64,000 nt of DNA from an uncultured Spirochaetota bacterium (GTDB taxonomy: Bacteria; Spirochaetota; Spirochaetia; SZUA-6; Fen-1364). Of this stretch, positions 20,134 to 33,600 are shown piece after piece. A program made the position numbers and the translations under genes. A model generated the notes under the pieces. It was not told the DNA's origin, did no database searches, and worked only from the letters and a program-made list of their open reading frames with translations. Location of the stretch: positions 608,001-672,000 of the forward strand of contig CAWAHW010000002.1 of the NCBI GenBank assembly GCA_963781885.1, written 5' to 3'. Every line of letters starts with the position of its first letter. Position 1 is the stretch's first letter.

Positions 20134-20176
20134 GTACCATTAAGGATGATCATGACGGATGCAAGGACGGCGCGCG

Positions 20177-20774
20177 ATGGATGAGATGGACACGAACCTC
20201 GTTCCGATCGTCATCGAACAGACGGGCCGTGGAGAGCGGTCGTACGACATCTACTCCCGGCTGCTGAAGGACAGGATCGTCTTCGTGGACGGGGAGATCT
20301 ACGACGTGAACGCGGACATGGTGGTCGCCCAGCTGCTGTTCCTGGAGTCCCAGGATCCCGAGAAGGACATCCATCTCTACGTCAATTCCCCCGGTGGGAC
20401 GGTGACCGCGGGCCTCGCCATCTATGACACCATCCAGTACATCAAGCCGAACGTGCAGACCATCTGCCTCGGGCAGGCCGCCTCGATGGGCGCGCTGCTC
20501 CTGGCCTGCGGAACCCACGGCAAGCGGGTCGCGCTGCCCTCATCGCGCATCCTCATCCACCAGCCCTGGGGGGGCGTGTCGGGGCAGGCGGTCGACATCA
20601 GCATCCAGGCCCGCGAGCTCGTGCGGATCAAGAAGCTGATCGTCTCCTATTTCGCCGAACATACGCAGAAGGCGCCGGAGGCGGTGGAGCGGGACCTGGA
20701 GCGGGACTACTACATGTCCGCGGAAGAAGCGCTGGAATACGGGCTGATCGACAAGATCCTGAAGCGTGGGAAAA

Positions 20775-20797
<23 letters not shown>
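20177..20797 (+). CDS. clpP: ATP-dependent Clp protease proteolytic subunit
   Basis: [25 protein letters not shown]. Confidence 0.96.
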
Positions 20798-22028
<1,231 letters not shown>

Positions 22029-22041
22029 AAAAGCGCGTCCC

Positions 22042-24633
22042 ATGAGGGTACTGCTCAAGCGCAACGAGCTGTTCATGGTCCCCCTCAAGGACCTGGTCGT
22101 CTTTCCGCGCATGGTCGTGCCCTTTTTCGTCGGCAGGCGCAGGTCGGTGCGCAGCGTGGAAGAGGCGGCGCGGACCGGCAAGTCCCTTTTCCTCGTGACG
22201 CAGAAAAAGACCGTCGTGGAAGATCCCGGGGAGCACGACGTGCACACCGTGGGCACCATCGCGAGGGTGCTCCAGATGATGAAGCTCCCGGACGGCAAGC
22301 TGCGCCTCCTCATCGAGGGCCAGGAGAGAGCGGCCATCGGGCGCTACACGGAGACGAAGGACTGCTTCCGGGTGATCGTGCGGACGATCCCGCCGCACAA
22401 CGACGTCACCCCGCAGATCTCCGCGCTCATGCGCACCGTGCTCTCCCAGTTTACCCAGTTCAACGAGATCTCCAAGAAGGTCGCCCCGGAGGCGGTGACG
22501 GCCATTGAATCCGCCGTGCTCCCCGACGTGCTCGTGGACCTCGTGGCGGGCACCGTGCCGCTGAAGCTCGAGGAGAAGCTGGAGCTCCTCTCCATCGAGG
22601 ATGCCTCCGCGCGCCTGGAGCGCTGCGCGGCGATACTCGGCGCGGAGATCGAGCTCATGAGTCTCGAGCAGGAGATCACCGGCAAGGTCCGCAAGAAGCT
22701 GGAAAAAACGCAGAAGGACTACTTCCTCAACGAGCAGCTCAAGGAGATCCAGAAAGAGCTGGGCACGGAGGGAGACGACCCGACGGGTGCGCGCGAGCTG
22801 GAGGACAAGCTCAAGACAAAAGGTCTCCCCGCCGAGGTTTCCGACAAATGCCAGAAGGAGCTCAAGAGGCTCGCGCGGATGCAGCCGATGTCGCCGGAGT
22901 CGGCGCTCCTGCGGACCTACCTCGAGTGGATGGCGGACCTGCCGTGGAAGGAGACAACGCCGGACAACCGCGACATCGAGCGCGCCCGGGAGATACTGGA
23001 CGAGGATCACTACGACCTGAAAAAGGTGAAGGAGCGGATACTCGACTTCATCGCCGTGCGCCAGCTCAAGAGCCGGATCAAGGGACCCATCCTCTGCTTC
23101 ATCGGGCCTCCGGGCACGGGCAAGACCTCGCTGGGCAGGTCCGTCGCGCGCTCCCTGGGACGCAACTTCGTGCGCGTGTCGCTGGGCGGCGTGCGGGACG
23201 AGGCGGAGATACGCGGCCACAGGAAGACGTACGTCGGGGCGCTGCCGGGCAAGATCCTCCAGTCCATGCGGAAGGCGGGATCGACGAACCCGGTCTTCCT
23301 GCTCGATGAGATCGACAAGATGAGCTCGGACTGGCGTGGGGATCCGGCCTCCGCTCTGCTGGAGGTCCTGGACCCCGAGCAGAATCACACCTTCATGGAT
23401 CATTACCTGGAGGTGCCGTACGACCTCTCCGACGTGATGTTCATCACGACGGCCAACTCCACGCACAACATCCCCTATCCGCTGCGCGACCGGATGGAGG
23501 TGATCGAGATCTCGGGGTACACCGAGTTCGAAAAGGAAAACATCGCGGAGAAGTTCCTCGTGCCCAAGCAGATCCAGGAGAACGGCCTGGACTGGGCCGC
23601 CATCACGTTCCAGAAGTCCGCCATCATGCGTCTCATCCGGTCGTACACGATGGAAGCAGGCGTGCGAAACCTCGAGCGCGAGATCGCCAACATTCTGCGG
23701 AAGATCGCACGCGAGGCGGTGCGCCAGGGCCTGATGCCGCCGGCCGCGGTGCCCGTGGCCAAGACGGAGGCGCCGGGCGCGGGCAAGGATGCCGCGAAGG
23801 AAGGCCCGGCATCCGCCTCCGTGGAGCCGGCCGCGGCCGAAATCCTCGCGCCGACGGAAAGCCCGGCCGCCCCCGCGCCTGTCGAGCCTGCCTTCAAGGT
23901 CGTTGTCACCGGGCGCACGGTGGAGAAATACCTCGGCAAGGAAAAGTTCCAGGAGAGCACATTCTCCCAGGACATGAAGCCCGGTCTTGCCTACGGCATG
24001 GCGTGGACCGAGCTCGGCGGCCAGCTCCTTCCCGTTGAAGTGGCCATTGTCGTCGGCAAGGGCGAGCTCACCCTGACGGGCAGCCTCGGTGACGTGATGA
24101 AGGAAAGCGCGCAGGCGGCGCTCACCTTCCTCCGCGCGCATCACGCGACGCTGGGCATCGATCCCGGGTTCACGAAGGACCGCGACATCCACATCCACGT
24201 TCCCGAAGGCGCCATACCGAAGGACGGGCCGTCGGCGGGCATCACGCTGGCCGCCGCGCTTCTCTCTGCCGTTGCCGGCGTGCCCGTCACCCCCGGCTTC
24301 GCGATGACGGGAGAGATCACCCTCACGGGCCGCCTTCTTCCCATCGGCGGCGTGAAGGAGAAGGTCCTTGCCGCGCACCGCTACAAGATGACGCGCGTGC
24401 TGCTGCCCCAGCGGAACGAAAAAGACCTTGAGGAGATACCCGCCGAGGTGCTGGAGGCCCTGGATTTCCACTTTGCCGACTCGGTGCTGGATGCCCTCTC
24501 GATACTCTTCCCCGACCGGCGTTTCGACCGCGGGGTCACCGACGCTCCCGTCACGGAGGCAGTCGTCGACGCCGTGCGACGCGCGCCACCGGAGCCGCAA
24601 GACCACCCCTCGCTGGAGCAACCCGTCCACTGA
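22042..24633 (+). CDS. lon: Lon protease (endopeptidase La)
   Basis: [35 protein letters not shown]. Confidence 0.97.
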   Translation: MRVLLKRNELFMVPLKDLVVFPRMVVPFFVGRRRSVRSVEEAARTGKSLFLVTQKKTVVEDPGEHDVHTVGTIARVLQMMKLPDGKLRLLIEGQERAAIGRYTETKDCFRVIVRTIPPHNDVTPQISALMRTVLSQFTQFNEISKKVAPEAVTAIESAVLPDVLVDLVAGTVPLKLEEKLELLSIEDASARLERCAAILGAEIELMSLEQEITGKVRKKLEKTQKDYFLNEQLKEIQKELGTEGDDPTGARELEDKLKTKGLPAEVSDKCQKELKRLARMQPMSPESALLRTYLEWMADLPWKETTPDNRDIERAREILDEDHYDLKKVKERILDFIAVRQLKSRIKGPILCFIGPPGTGKTSLGRSVARSLGRNFVRVSLGGVRDEAEIRGHRKTYVGALPGKILQSMRKAGSTNPVFLLDEIDKMSSDWRGDPASALLEVLDPEQNHTFMDHYLEVPYDLSDVMFITTANSTHNIPYPLRDRMEVIEISGYTEFEKENIAEKFLVPKQIQENGLDWAAITFQKSAIMRLIRSYTMEAGVRNLEREIANILRKIAREAVRQGLMPPAAVPVAKTEAPGAGKDAAKEGPASASVEPAAAEILAPTESPAAPAPVEPAFKVVVTGRTVEKYLGKEKFQESTFSQDMKPGLAYGMAWTELGGQLLPVEVAIVVGKGELTLTGSLGDVMKESAQAALTFLRAHHATLGIDPGFTKDRDIHIHVPEGAIPKDGPSAGITLAAALLSAVAGVPVTPGFAMTGEITLTGRLLPIGGVKEKVLAAHRYKMTRVLLPQRNEKDLEEIPAEVLEALDFHFADSVLDALSILFPDRRFDRGVTDAPVTEAVVDAVRRAPPEPQDHPSLEQPVH

Positions 24634-24710
24634 GGCGTCGGGCGCGCCGGACGGCCCCGCTCCTGATGGCACCCCTTGCGCGACGTACGCCCCGTCATGC
24701 ATTATTTTCC

Positions 24711-25898
24711 ATGATCAATTTCGCACAGAGAATGTCGAGCGTGCACAGGTCCTTCATCCGCGAGATCCTGAAGGCCGCGGTGGACCCGTCAATCATTTCA
24801 TTCGCCGGCGGCCTGCCCAACCCGCGCTTCTTCCCCGTCCGCGAGCTCGAAGAGGCGGCGCGGAGCGTGATCTCCCATGACGGGGATGCGGCACTGCAAT
24901 ACGCCACGACGGAGGGTTATCCGCCGCTGCGGGAAAAGATCGCCGAGCGCTACGCGGCGCGGGGAACGAAGGTCTCGGCCGACGAGATTCTTGTCCTCAA
25001 CGGCTCCCAGCAGGGGCTGGATCTCGCGGCAAAAATCTTCATCGATGCCGGCGACGATATCCTCGTGGAAAGCCCGTCCTATCTGGCGGCACTGCAATGC
25101 TTCGGCCTGTTCGAGCCGCATTTTCGCCCGCTCGCCCTGGACGCCGAGGGAGTCTCCATCGCGGCGCTCTCCGACAGCCTGCGTACCGGCTCCCCCAAGT
25201 TTTTTTACGCCATACCCAATTTCCAGAACCCTTCGGGCATCAGTTATACGGAAGCCCGGCGGCGCGAAACGGCACGGGCGATCGCCGGCTCCTCCACCGT
25301 GCTCGTGGAGGACGATCCTTATGGAGAGATCAGGTTCATGGGGCGTGACCTGCCTTCCCTATGGACCTGCATGGCGGAGGAGGCGACGGGCGCGGAAAGG
25401 GCCGTGCTCCTGGGCACGTTCTCCAAGATCGTCTCACCGGGCATGCGTCTGGGATGGATCTGCGCCGGCCGTGAGATAATGGAGAACCTCGTGGTCGCCA
25501 AGCAGGCGGCGGACCTGCACTCCAATGAGCTCACGCAGAGGATCGTGCACCGCTACCTCTGCACGGCGGACGTGAATGGATACATCGCGCGCATCCGCGC
25601 CGCCTATCGCACGCAGCGCGACGCCATGGTCGGCGCCGTCCACTCCCTTTTCCCAAAGGAGGTCGTCTGCACCGAGCCCGAAGGCGGGATGTTTCTCTGG
25701 ATGACGCTCCCGCGGGGCATGTCGGCGCTTGCCTTCTTCGAGAAGGCGCTGGCGCAGAAGGTGACCTTCGTGCCGGGCAGCGCGTTTTTTGCCGACGGCG
25801 GCGGGGAGAACACGCTGCGCCTGAACTTCTCCAATTGCGACGTGGCCCAGATCGAGCAGGGCATGGAGAGGCTGGCGCGCGTCTACGCCGCCCTGTGA
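24711..25898 (+). CDS. PLP-dependent aminotransferase, class I/II (LysN/ARO8-like)
   Basis: ISFAGGLP, FQNPSG, EDDPY, TFSKIVSPGMRLG. Confidence 0.9.
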   Translation: MINFAQRMSSVHRSFIREILKAAVDPSIISFAGGLPNPRFFPVRELEEAARSVISHDGDAALQYATTEGYPPLREKIAERYAARGTKVSADEILVLNGSQQGLDLAAKIFIDAGDDILVESPSYLAALQCFGLFEPHFRPLALDAEGVSIAALSDSLRTGSPKFFYAIPNFQNPSGISYTEARRRETARAIAGSSTVLVEDDPYGEIRFMGRDLPSLWTCMAEEATGAERAVLLGTFSKIVSPGMRLGWICAGREIMENLVVAKQAADLHSNELTQRIVHRYLCTADVNGYIARIRAAYRTQRDAMVGAVHSLFPKEVVCTEPEGGMFLWMTLPRGMSALAFFEKALAQKVTFVPGSAFFADGGGENTLRLNFSNCDVAQIEQGMERLARVYAAL

Positions 25899-25993
25899 TC
25901 CGTCCTGCGCGCCACCGACGAGCACGGCCGCTCGGGCTCCTGTACCTTCAGCGTCGTTGCGCGGCAGTAAGGGGGCGCTACCCGCCGCGCGAG

Positions 25994-26854
25994 CTAGTCC
26001 GGCAGGGGCACATCCATCCAGCCGCCCGAGGTGAGCTGGCGCTGCGACGAATAGCCCGCGGCGCGGAGCAGGGCCGCTGCCTGGTCGAAACAGCCGTCGA
26101 TGTCCGAGGGCCTGTGCGCGTCCGCGTTCACCATCATCGGGATGCCCCTGCCGCGCGCCTCTTTCACTATCCACTCTGACGGGTAGAAGGCGCCGCTGGT
26201 GTTGCGCACGACGCCACCGGTATTGATCTCCAGTATGCTGCCCGACCGCGCCACCGCATCGAGCGCCGCGAGGACCGCGGCACGATACCACGGCTCGTCC
26301 TCGCGGAAGTAGTCGGCATTCCTGTTGTTCTTCTTCACGACGTCGAAGTGCCCGATGATGTCGGGCTTCGTGTCGACCGCCATCGCCGCGACAAGGGCAT
26401 AGTAGCGCTCGACCATCGCGCGGACGTCCCCCGCGTACACTTTCTGCAGCCCGGATTCGAGCTCTTCCCGGGATCCGTCCACCGTCCACAGATGGTCTCC
26501 CCCCACGGGCTCGGCGAAGTGAACGGAGCCGATGACGAAGTCCCAGCCCTGCTCCTTGATCCGCGGATGCGCGGGTGAGGTCACCCCAGGGATGTAGTCG
26601 GCCTCGATGCCGAGGAATACCTCGAGCCTTCCCGCGTTGCGCGCCGCCGCCTCGCGCACCTCCCGCCGGTAGCTTTCAAGGTTCTTCTCCGGCATGGTCC
26701 AGTCGGTCGGGAAGGGAAGCACATTGTGGCCGGAGAATCCCAGCCACTTCATTCCCTTGCTGATCGCCGCCGCGGCGTAGTCCTGCGGCGCGCCGTTGCC
26801 GTCGCAGTGATGGGTATGCGTGTGGTAGTTGCCGATTCCGACGCCGGTTTTCAT
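25994..26854 (-). CDS. PHP-family histidinol-phosphatase (HisJ-like)
   Basis: YHTHT, GIEAD, IGSVH, GHFD, ADAH. Confidence 0.85.
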   Translation of the reverse strand: MKTGVGIGNYHTHTHHCDGNGAPQDYAAAAISKGMKWLGFSGHNVLPFPTDWTMPEKNLESYRREVREAAARNAGRLEVFLGIEADYIPGVTSPAHPRIKEQGWDFVIGSVHFAEPVGGDHLWTVDGSREELESGLQKVYAGDVRAMVERYYALVAAMAVDTKPDIIGHFDVVKKNNRNADYFREDEPWYRAAVLAALDAVARSGSILEINTGGVVRNTSGAFYPSEWIVKEARGRGIPMMVNADAHRPSDIDGCFDQAAALLRAAGYSSQRQLTSGGWMDVPLPD

Positions 26855-26913
26855 AGGCGGAAGATACCACGCGCCACGACGCGCCGGATAGCCCGGCCGG
26901 GTTCCGCGCGGCG

Positions 26914-28206
26914 CTACAGGAGCACGAGCTCCCGGGCGCCGACGGGGCGTATCATGAGGTCGTGGCAGGAGGAGGGACCGAAGAGCGCCTTCATTGCCGC
27001 GATGTACGCGTCATGGGCGGAAGCCGGAACGAATGCCTGGATGGTCCCGGCAAAGCCGCCCCCATGCACGCGCCAGGCGCCGATGCCGCCCAGGATCGCC
27101 TGGCTGGCGGCGAGCCCGATGCAGACTCCCTGTTGGTCCACGAACCTGTTCGAATAGCAGTTCTGCAGAAGCATCCAGGAGCTTTGCCCGCTTTCCACGA
27201 CGAGCCTTCGGAAATCCCCGAATCGTCCCTGCTCCAGCGCCGCGACCTGCTCGACGACGCGCGCGTCGTCGGCAAAGAAGTGCAGTGCCCGGAGGATCGC
27301 GCGGTCGCTCACCCTCTTTCGCAGCTCGGGCGTCGCGGCAAGAACCTGGTCGCGGGTGACCTCGCGCAGGACCCGCGCGCCGAGTGCGCGCGCGACGCCC
27401 TTCATCTCGCGCTCGATCGCGGCGTAGTCCTCCGTAAGGTCCTCGTGACTCCCGCCGGTGTCGACGATGACGAGGGAGAAACCGCTCGCCGCAAGGTCGA
27501 ACGGAACACTGCGCACGACGGGCTTCTGAAAATCCTGGAAATCGATCGTGACGAATCCGCCGACCGCGCTGGTGGTCTGGTCCATGAGCCCACAGGGCTT
27601 GCCGAAATAGTGGTTCTCCGCGTGCTGGCAGATCCGGGCGATCTCGGTCTCCTCGATGCGTCCCCCGTTGTACAGCGTATTGAGGATCGTGGCGATCAAT
27701 ACCTCGTAGGAGGCCGAGGAGCTGAGCCCCGATCCCTTGAGGACCGAGCTGATGGCACAGGCGTGAAAACCGCCCACCGTGTGCCCGAGGGCGGCAAAGC
27801 GCGCGGCGACGCCGCGGGTGAGCGCCTGGGTCGTGCCGGTCTCCGCCTCCCGGAAGGCAAGCTCGTCCAGGACGATCTCCTGCCGGCTGTAGCCTTCGCT
27901 TTCCACGATGATGCGACGGTCGTCGCTCCGGGCAACGACCGCCGCGGCGTCCATGTTCACTGCCGCGGCGAGCACCCGGCCGGCATTGTGATCCGTGTGA
28001 TTGCCCGCCACCTCCGTCCGGCCCGGGGCGCTGAAGATGCGCGGCTCCCCGTCAAGCGGAAAAAGCGCGGCAAACCGGTCCAGAAGGTTCGCGTAGCGCT
28101 TCTTCTGGTGCGCGAGGATGTCGGGCCTTTTTCCATACAGCTGCTGAAGCTCGCCGGTGCCGCGTGGGCTGTCCAGCGCGGCATGGAGCGTATGCGCGGA
28201 ATACAT
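26914..28206 (-). CDS. galK: Galactokinase (GHMP family)
   Basis: APGRTEVAGNHTDH, GSGLSSSAS, CGLMDQ, HGGGFAG. Confidence 0.88.
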   Translation of the reverse strand: MYSAHTLHAALDSPRGTGELQQLYGKRPDILAHQKKRYANLLDRFAALFPLDGEPRIFSAPGRTEVAGNHTDHNAGRVLAAAVNMDAAAVVARSDDRRIIVESEGYSRQEIVLDELAFREAETGTTQALTRGVAARFAALGHTVGGFHACAISSVLKGSGLSSSASYEVLIATILNTLYNGGRIEETEIARICQHAENHYFGKPCGLMDQTTSAVGGFVTIDFQDFQKPVVRSVPFDLAASGFSLVIVDTGGSHEDLTEDYAAIEREMKGVARALGARVLREVTRDQVLAATPELRKRVSDRAILRALHFFADDARVVEQVAALEQGRFGDFRRLVVESGQSSWMLLQNCYSNRFVDQQGVCIGLAASQAILGGIGAWRVHGGGFAGTIQAFVPASAHDAYIAAMKALFGPSSCHDLMIRPVGARELVLL

Positions 28207-28266
28207 TGGTTCCCCCTAAACCGCATCATTTCGCATGGGCGCGCGGCGCGCAAGGGGGGGCCTGCG

Positions 28267-30660
28267 TCAGCGCGCGCGCTCCAGGGTGAGCCGCGTGAAA
28301 GCCCGCACGACGATCCTGTCATTGTTGGCGGGCATCGCGACGCCGTCGATGGTAACACGTTCCACGGCGGCGCCGTGCAGCTGGAGCGCGATCGATTCGT
28401 ACGGCCACGCATAGCCGCCTTCATGTCCCCAGGAAAGCTCCGCCTGCCGGGGCGTCCCGCGGAACGTAAAGCGGTCGATCCGCCTCTCGCCGTCGCCGTC
28501 ACCGGCATCGGAATAGAGCAGGCTCACCCGTTCCGCGCCCGCATCCGGCAGGAAGAGGTGAAGCGTGACCGTCTTGCCGGTGACGTCGGGTATGACGGCG
28601 CCCTGCCGCACGAGGAGGGGATCTTTGAAAGCGGCGCGTCGAGGGCCGCCGTCTGGCCGCCCGGCGAGCGGGAGACCGGTCTCCCACTCGAACCATGTCC
28701 CCGGCGGAAGGCGAACAGTGCGCTGCCGGGCGCCGTCCGCAAGGATCGGTGCGATCAGAAGCGAGTCCCCCGCCATGAACGCGTCGTCGATCTTCCAGAG
28801 GTCCACGTCCGCAGGGTCCAGCCAGAAAAGGGGCCGCAGCAGCGGCGCGCCCGTCTCATGCGCCTGCCAGGCGGTGGTGTACCAGTAGGGCAACAGGCGG
28901 TAGCGGAGCTTCAGCGCGCCGCGCGCGACCTCCAGCACCTCGGGCCCGAGCTCCCAAGGCTCGCGCCGCGGCAGGAAGAAGGCTGCATGCGTCCTGAAAA
29001 ATGGCATGAACGAGCCGAGTTGGAACCAGCGCGCGAAAAGCTCGGGGGATGGGCGTCCCGAGAAGCCGCCAATGTCCGGGCCGGCGAATGGCTGGCCGCT
29101 CAGGCCGATCCCGAGCACCGTGGAAATGGTCAGGCGCAGCATCTCCCAGGAGGTCTGTGTATCTCCCGTCCACGTCCAGGCGGTGCGCTGCATCCCCACC
29201 CAGCCCGAACGGGAAAGCAGGAAGGGCCGCCGGTCAGGTCGAAGCCTGCGCAGGCCTTCGTACCCCGCGTGATTCATGAGGTGACCGTAGATGTTGTGCG
29301 CGCCCCGGTGGTCCCCGCCCGCGCCCTCCATGTCGTGCCGCATGCCCCGCGGCAGGGTCATTTCCCCCCATGCGGTGAAGGCGGACGGCTCGTTCATGTC
29401 ATGCCAGAAGCCGTCAATACCCGCCGCGAGGTGCGGCGCGTACCGGGTGCCCCACCAGTCGCGGGCCGCGGCGGACGTGAAGTCCGGAAAGACGCACACC
29501 CCGGGCCAGACCACGCCGGTCGCGGGCTTTCCGTCCTCATCCTTGATGAAGGCGTCCACCGCGCTGCCGGTATCGTAAACGTCGTAGCCTCTCTCCCGCT
29601 TCACGCCGGGGTCCACGATGGCCACGAGGTGCGCCTCCGAGGCGGCGAGCTCCGCGGAGAATCCGGCGATGGAGGGAAAGCGCGTCTCGTCGATGGTGAA
29701 CGTGCGGTGGCCCCGCTGATGGTCGATGTCCATGACGAGCGCGCTGATGGGCAGATCGTGCGCCTTGAAGCCTGCCCAGACTCGGCGCATTTCCTTTTCA
29801 TCGCCCCATCCCCACTGCGACTGCATGTAGCCCAGCGCCCAGCGGGGCGGGAGTGCCGGTCTGCCCGTGAGCCAGGACAGCCTTTCCAGGAGGACCGACG
29901 GCGCGCCCGCTGCGCAGTACCAGCGTGATGGCCCGCCCGTGAAACGCATCACCGCTTCTTCGCCGAATGTCGCGGAGGACTCGAACTGGTTGTCATAGAA
30001 CGCGAGCGTGGAGCCGCCGCGCTGAAGACAGAGGTACACCGGCATGCAGATGTAGAGCGGGTCCTTTCCCGGGCCGTAGCTTCCGCCCGGATCGTTGTTC
30101 CAGCACCGATAGGACCCGGGCCGCAGGTCCAGCCGCGCCGCCCTCTCTCCCATTCCGCAGATCACCGCCTCGGACGACAGCCTGCACCGGCTCGTCCATT
30201 CCACCCCGGACCATGAAGGGGGCATCTCCTCGCGCACGGTGAGGCCGGCGGCGTTGCTGATACACAGCCCACCGTCCGGCAGGACGCGTACTTCCATTGC
30301 CGCTGTGCGGAGACGGGAGGAACCCTCGCGCTCGCTGACGTCGACCGGCACGGCCGGCGGCGACTCCACGGCGACGGCCCACGACGGGGTCATGCCTGCC
30401 CCGTCCCAGGAGAAAAACGCCAGATCGGTCAGGAGAAAGCGCACCACGAGCGACGCATTCTCGAACCGGTATGTCGCCCCCGACGCGGAATGCGTCGTGG
30501 CCATCAGTCGGCCCGGGACGCGTTCCGCCGCGCCTTTTTCATTTGTCTTGCGCAGAGCGGCATCCCGCTTGTCGCGTCGCCAGGCGAAGCGCACCGAACG
30601 CAGCCCATTGGCAAGACCGATGAGCGTGACGCTGAGGATCGCCTTCTGGATGACGTTCAT
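28267..30660 (-). CDS. Glycoside hydrolase family 31 (alpha-glucosidase-like)
   Basis: WHDMNEP nucleophile, WTGD, GPDIGGF. Confidence 0.92.
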   Translation of the reverse strand: MNVIQKAILSVTLIGLANGLRSVRFAWRRDKRDAALRKTNEKGAAERVPGRLMATTHSASGATYRFENASLVVRFLLTDLAFFSWDGAGMTPSWAVAVESPPAVPVDVSEREGSSRLRTAAMEVRVLPDGGLCISNAAGLTVREEMPPSWSGVEWTSRCRLSSEAVICGMGERAARLDLRPGSYRCWNNDPGGSYGPGKDPLYICMPVYLCLQRGGSTLAFYDNQFESSATFGEEAVMRFTGGPSRWYCAAGAPSVLLERLSWLTGRPALPPRWALGYMQSQWGWGDEKEMRRVWAGFKAHDLPISALVMDIDHQRGHRTFTIDETRFPSIAGFSAELAASEAHLVAIVDPGVKRERGYDVYDTGSAVDAFIKDEDGKPATGVVWPGVCVFPDFTSAAARDWWGTRYAPHLAAGIDGFWHDMNEPSAFTAWGEMTLPRGMRHDMEGAGGDHRGAHNIYGHLMNHAGYEGLRRLRPDRRPFLLSRSGWVGMQRTAWTWTGDTQTSWEMLRLTISTVLGIGLSGQPFAGPDIGGFSGRPSPELFARWFQLGSFMPFFRTHAAFFLPRREPWELGPEVLEVARGALKLRYRLLPYWYTTAWQAHETGAPLLRPLFWLDPADVDLWKIDDAFMAGDSLLIAPILADGARQRTVRLPPGTWFEWETGLPLAGRPDGGPRRAAFKDPLLVRQGAVIPDVTGKTVTLHLFLPDAGAERVSLLYSDAGDGDGERRIDRFTFRGTPRQAELSWGHEGGYAWPYESIALQLHGAAVERVTIDGVAMPANNDRIVVRAFTRLTLERAR

Positions 30661-33600
30661 TTTTTCTCCGTACCTTCCTGCTTTACGTGCACTTGCGCGA
30701 GCGCCCAGGAGGATATCCCCGGGTCCACGGATTCAGGGTCCTCCATCTTCACCCGTGCGAAGGCGGAGCGCGCCGTGTCGGCGAGGCCGAAGCGCTGGGC
30801 CCGTATGCCGTAGGCAAGCCAGGCAGAGGAGCTGGGCGACGCCTCGCCGCTCTGGTCGAGGTATTTTTCAAAAACCTCCTGCGCCTCGAGGAAACGTCCC
30901 GCGTCCGCCAGGAGACAGGCGAGCGTGTGCAGCTCCGCGGCGTTTCCCTCCACGAGTCGCTGGACGAGCTGCCGCTGCTCCATCACGGCGGGGTCCGGCG
31001 CGCCCGTGTAGAGTCCGTACCAGGCGAAGTTGTTGTAGTCCTGCAGCTCGGCCGTCCCGGAGTCGAGGATGGACCCCGCGACCGCGATGGCCTCGGCGTA
31101 GCGGCCCGCGTTGGCGAGCCGGTCCTCAAGCAAGCGCTGCAGGCCGATGTCGCCCGGCTTCGCCGCAAGGCGCGTGCGGATGAGGGCGTCCGCGTCGGCG
31201 GGCGCGCCGGCGTGCTCCAGGGCGATGCAGAGCAGGCCCAGTGCCACGGTGTTGTCCGGCGCATCCCGGAGGTACCCGGCCGCGACGTCTTTCAGCTCCG
31301 TGAGCATCCCCGCCGTCAGGAGCCCCTGCGCGAGGGACGTCTCGATGACGAGCCGGCGTGCCGCGTCCTGTTCCGTGCGCCACTTTGGCATGACCAAGGT
31401 CGCCCCCAGCCGCGCATCCGCGGGGGACGAGGATCGCGTGAGGGCAACGCCCGCCGCCAGGCGCAGGGCATCCGGACCCGCCCCGTCGGGAGGCAGGAGC
31501 GTGAAGAGCGGGTCGGTTGAGATGTCGGGGAATACGGCGGTCTTCTCGTGCTGCGTACGCAGGAGGTGATACCAGGACCGGGCGTCATTCACGCGCCCCG
31601 CGTCGAGCAGGGCAAGGCTTTCCCTTGCGATGCCCGCGCTGTCCGCCGCGGTGTCCACGATCCTGTAGACGTTTCCTTCCTTCGTGAGATAGAAGACAGT
31701 CGGCGTGAAGCCGGGGAAGGCGGGCAAGGTCACGAGCGCCGCGGTGGCGACGCCGTCGTTCAGGACCTTCACACTGATGAATCGGCTCATGAGGTCGAGC
31801 ATGGTGTCCGCGGGCACGGCCATCCGGGAGACGGCGCCGCGCATCGCATCGATGGTGCGTTCGGTCTTTTCCTGCTCGCTGGGGTCGACGAGCGCGGCGC
31901 GGACGCTGGACGCCATGAGGGCTTCCAGCGCCGGTGTCGTGCCGTCCGCCTGCAGGAGGAGGCTCATGAAGTGGAGGATGAGTCCCGTCGGCGTCGCATC
32001 GTCCAGGGCCTTGGCATCCGCCGGCGCGAGGTTTTTCAAAAGGTCCGCGAAAGCCATGGTCTGCGTGAGATTCGACGTGCCGCGCGCGCCGGCGATCATG
32101 AGCTCCGCGCTCTGGGGGTAACGGCGTATGTCCAGGAGGTATTGGGCGGCGGAGCCCAGCACTTTGCGGCGGTCGTCCGCGGAGGCGACCAGGCGCGCGG
32201 CCTCCTTCTGCGCCGCCGCCGTGCCGTCAATCGCCGCGGAGGCCGCCACGGAGAGCGCCTGCAGCGTCGCCGTCGGCGCACCCTCTTGCAGCGTCGTCTT
32301 GATCTCCTGGAACCTGCCGAGATAGAGGAGATCGATGGAGAGATTCGGCCAGAAGTCGCTATCCTTGATGTCCTTCTCGATGCTGCGGTACAGCGTGACC
32401 GCATCATCAAGCTTTGCACCGGCCCCGTAGCGGACCAGCCCGTCGTTGTACTCGTCCAGTATTGCAAGGTTGCGCGTAAAGGACGAATCCGAGGGATCGA
32501 GCTTGCGCGCGCTCTCATATTCCGCCCGCGCGCCGGCGATGTCCACGCCGCGCGTGAGGATGCGCCCGAAGGCGTCGTGCAGGAGCGTCCAGGCAAGGTT
32601 GCCGTGGGCGAGGGCGAGCGCGGGCTGCAGGGCGACCGCCGCGCGCGCCTCCGCGAGCGCATCCTCGCCGAAGCCGGCGGCCAGGAGCGCGCGCGAGATC
32701 TGCACGCGGTGGGATGCCTCGGCCGGGTAAAGAGCGGCCAGCGATTTGAACTCGTCCAGCGCCTCTCGATACCTGCCCGCCGCCAGGAGGGATTCGCCGA
32801 CTTGCTCGAAGCTCACGACGCTCGCCTGGCCGGCGAGGAAGGCACGCGCCGCCTCGTGCAGGGCCACGGTCTCCGCCGCGGTGTACACGCGCCGCACGCT
32901 GTCCAGATGCAGGACGCCGGTGACAGAGCCGTCCTGCTCGAGCGTGAACGTCTTCTTGAGGATCGCCGGGCCGAGAGGGACCGTCTGGTCCGGCGGGAGT
33001 GCCGCTGCCCGGAATCCCGGGGGCGGGATGATGTGGTAGACGTAGTCGCAGACGAAAGGCTCCCAGAGCCGCAGGTCGTTTTTTCGCGCGAAGGTGGTGC
33101 CGGCGGCATCGGCTTGCGTGACGAAATCCGGCAGGTACGACAGGAGTCCGCCGGCGCGCACGTAGACGACGGCCGAGCTGTCATCCGTGGCGCCCTCCTT
33201 CGTGCCCGTCGCTTCCACCGTCATCGTGAAGGGAGTGTCCATCGCGCGCGGGTCGCTCGTGGAAAAGCGCGCGAGCCCTTCCGCGTCGTATTCGCTCTTC
33301 ACGTACTTTTCCAGGTGGTCGTGGGCCTCCGTGGAGCTGCTCCGCTCGAAGCTGTCGCGATAGGACGCCTCGAAGCTGCCGCCCATGGTGCTCGTCTCCG
33401 TGAGCGCGGCCGGGCCGGACTCCGCGAGCCTGAACTCCCGAACTTCGCGGAACCAGTTGCGGGACGGAGGCGGATCCGGCGTGAGGGAGAGGGCCGCGGT
33501 GCCCGCGGTGATGATGAGCGCGCGTCGGGCCTGGTCCATGAGCGGAAGCTCGCCGGGAGGGACGAAGTCCGCCGTCGGATCGATCCACATCCCCTCGCCG

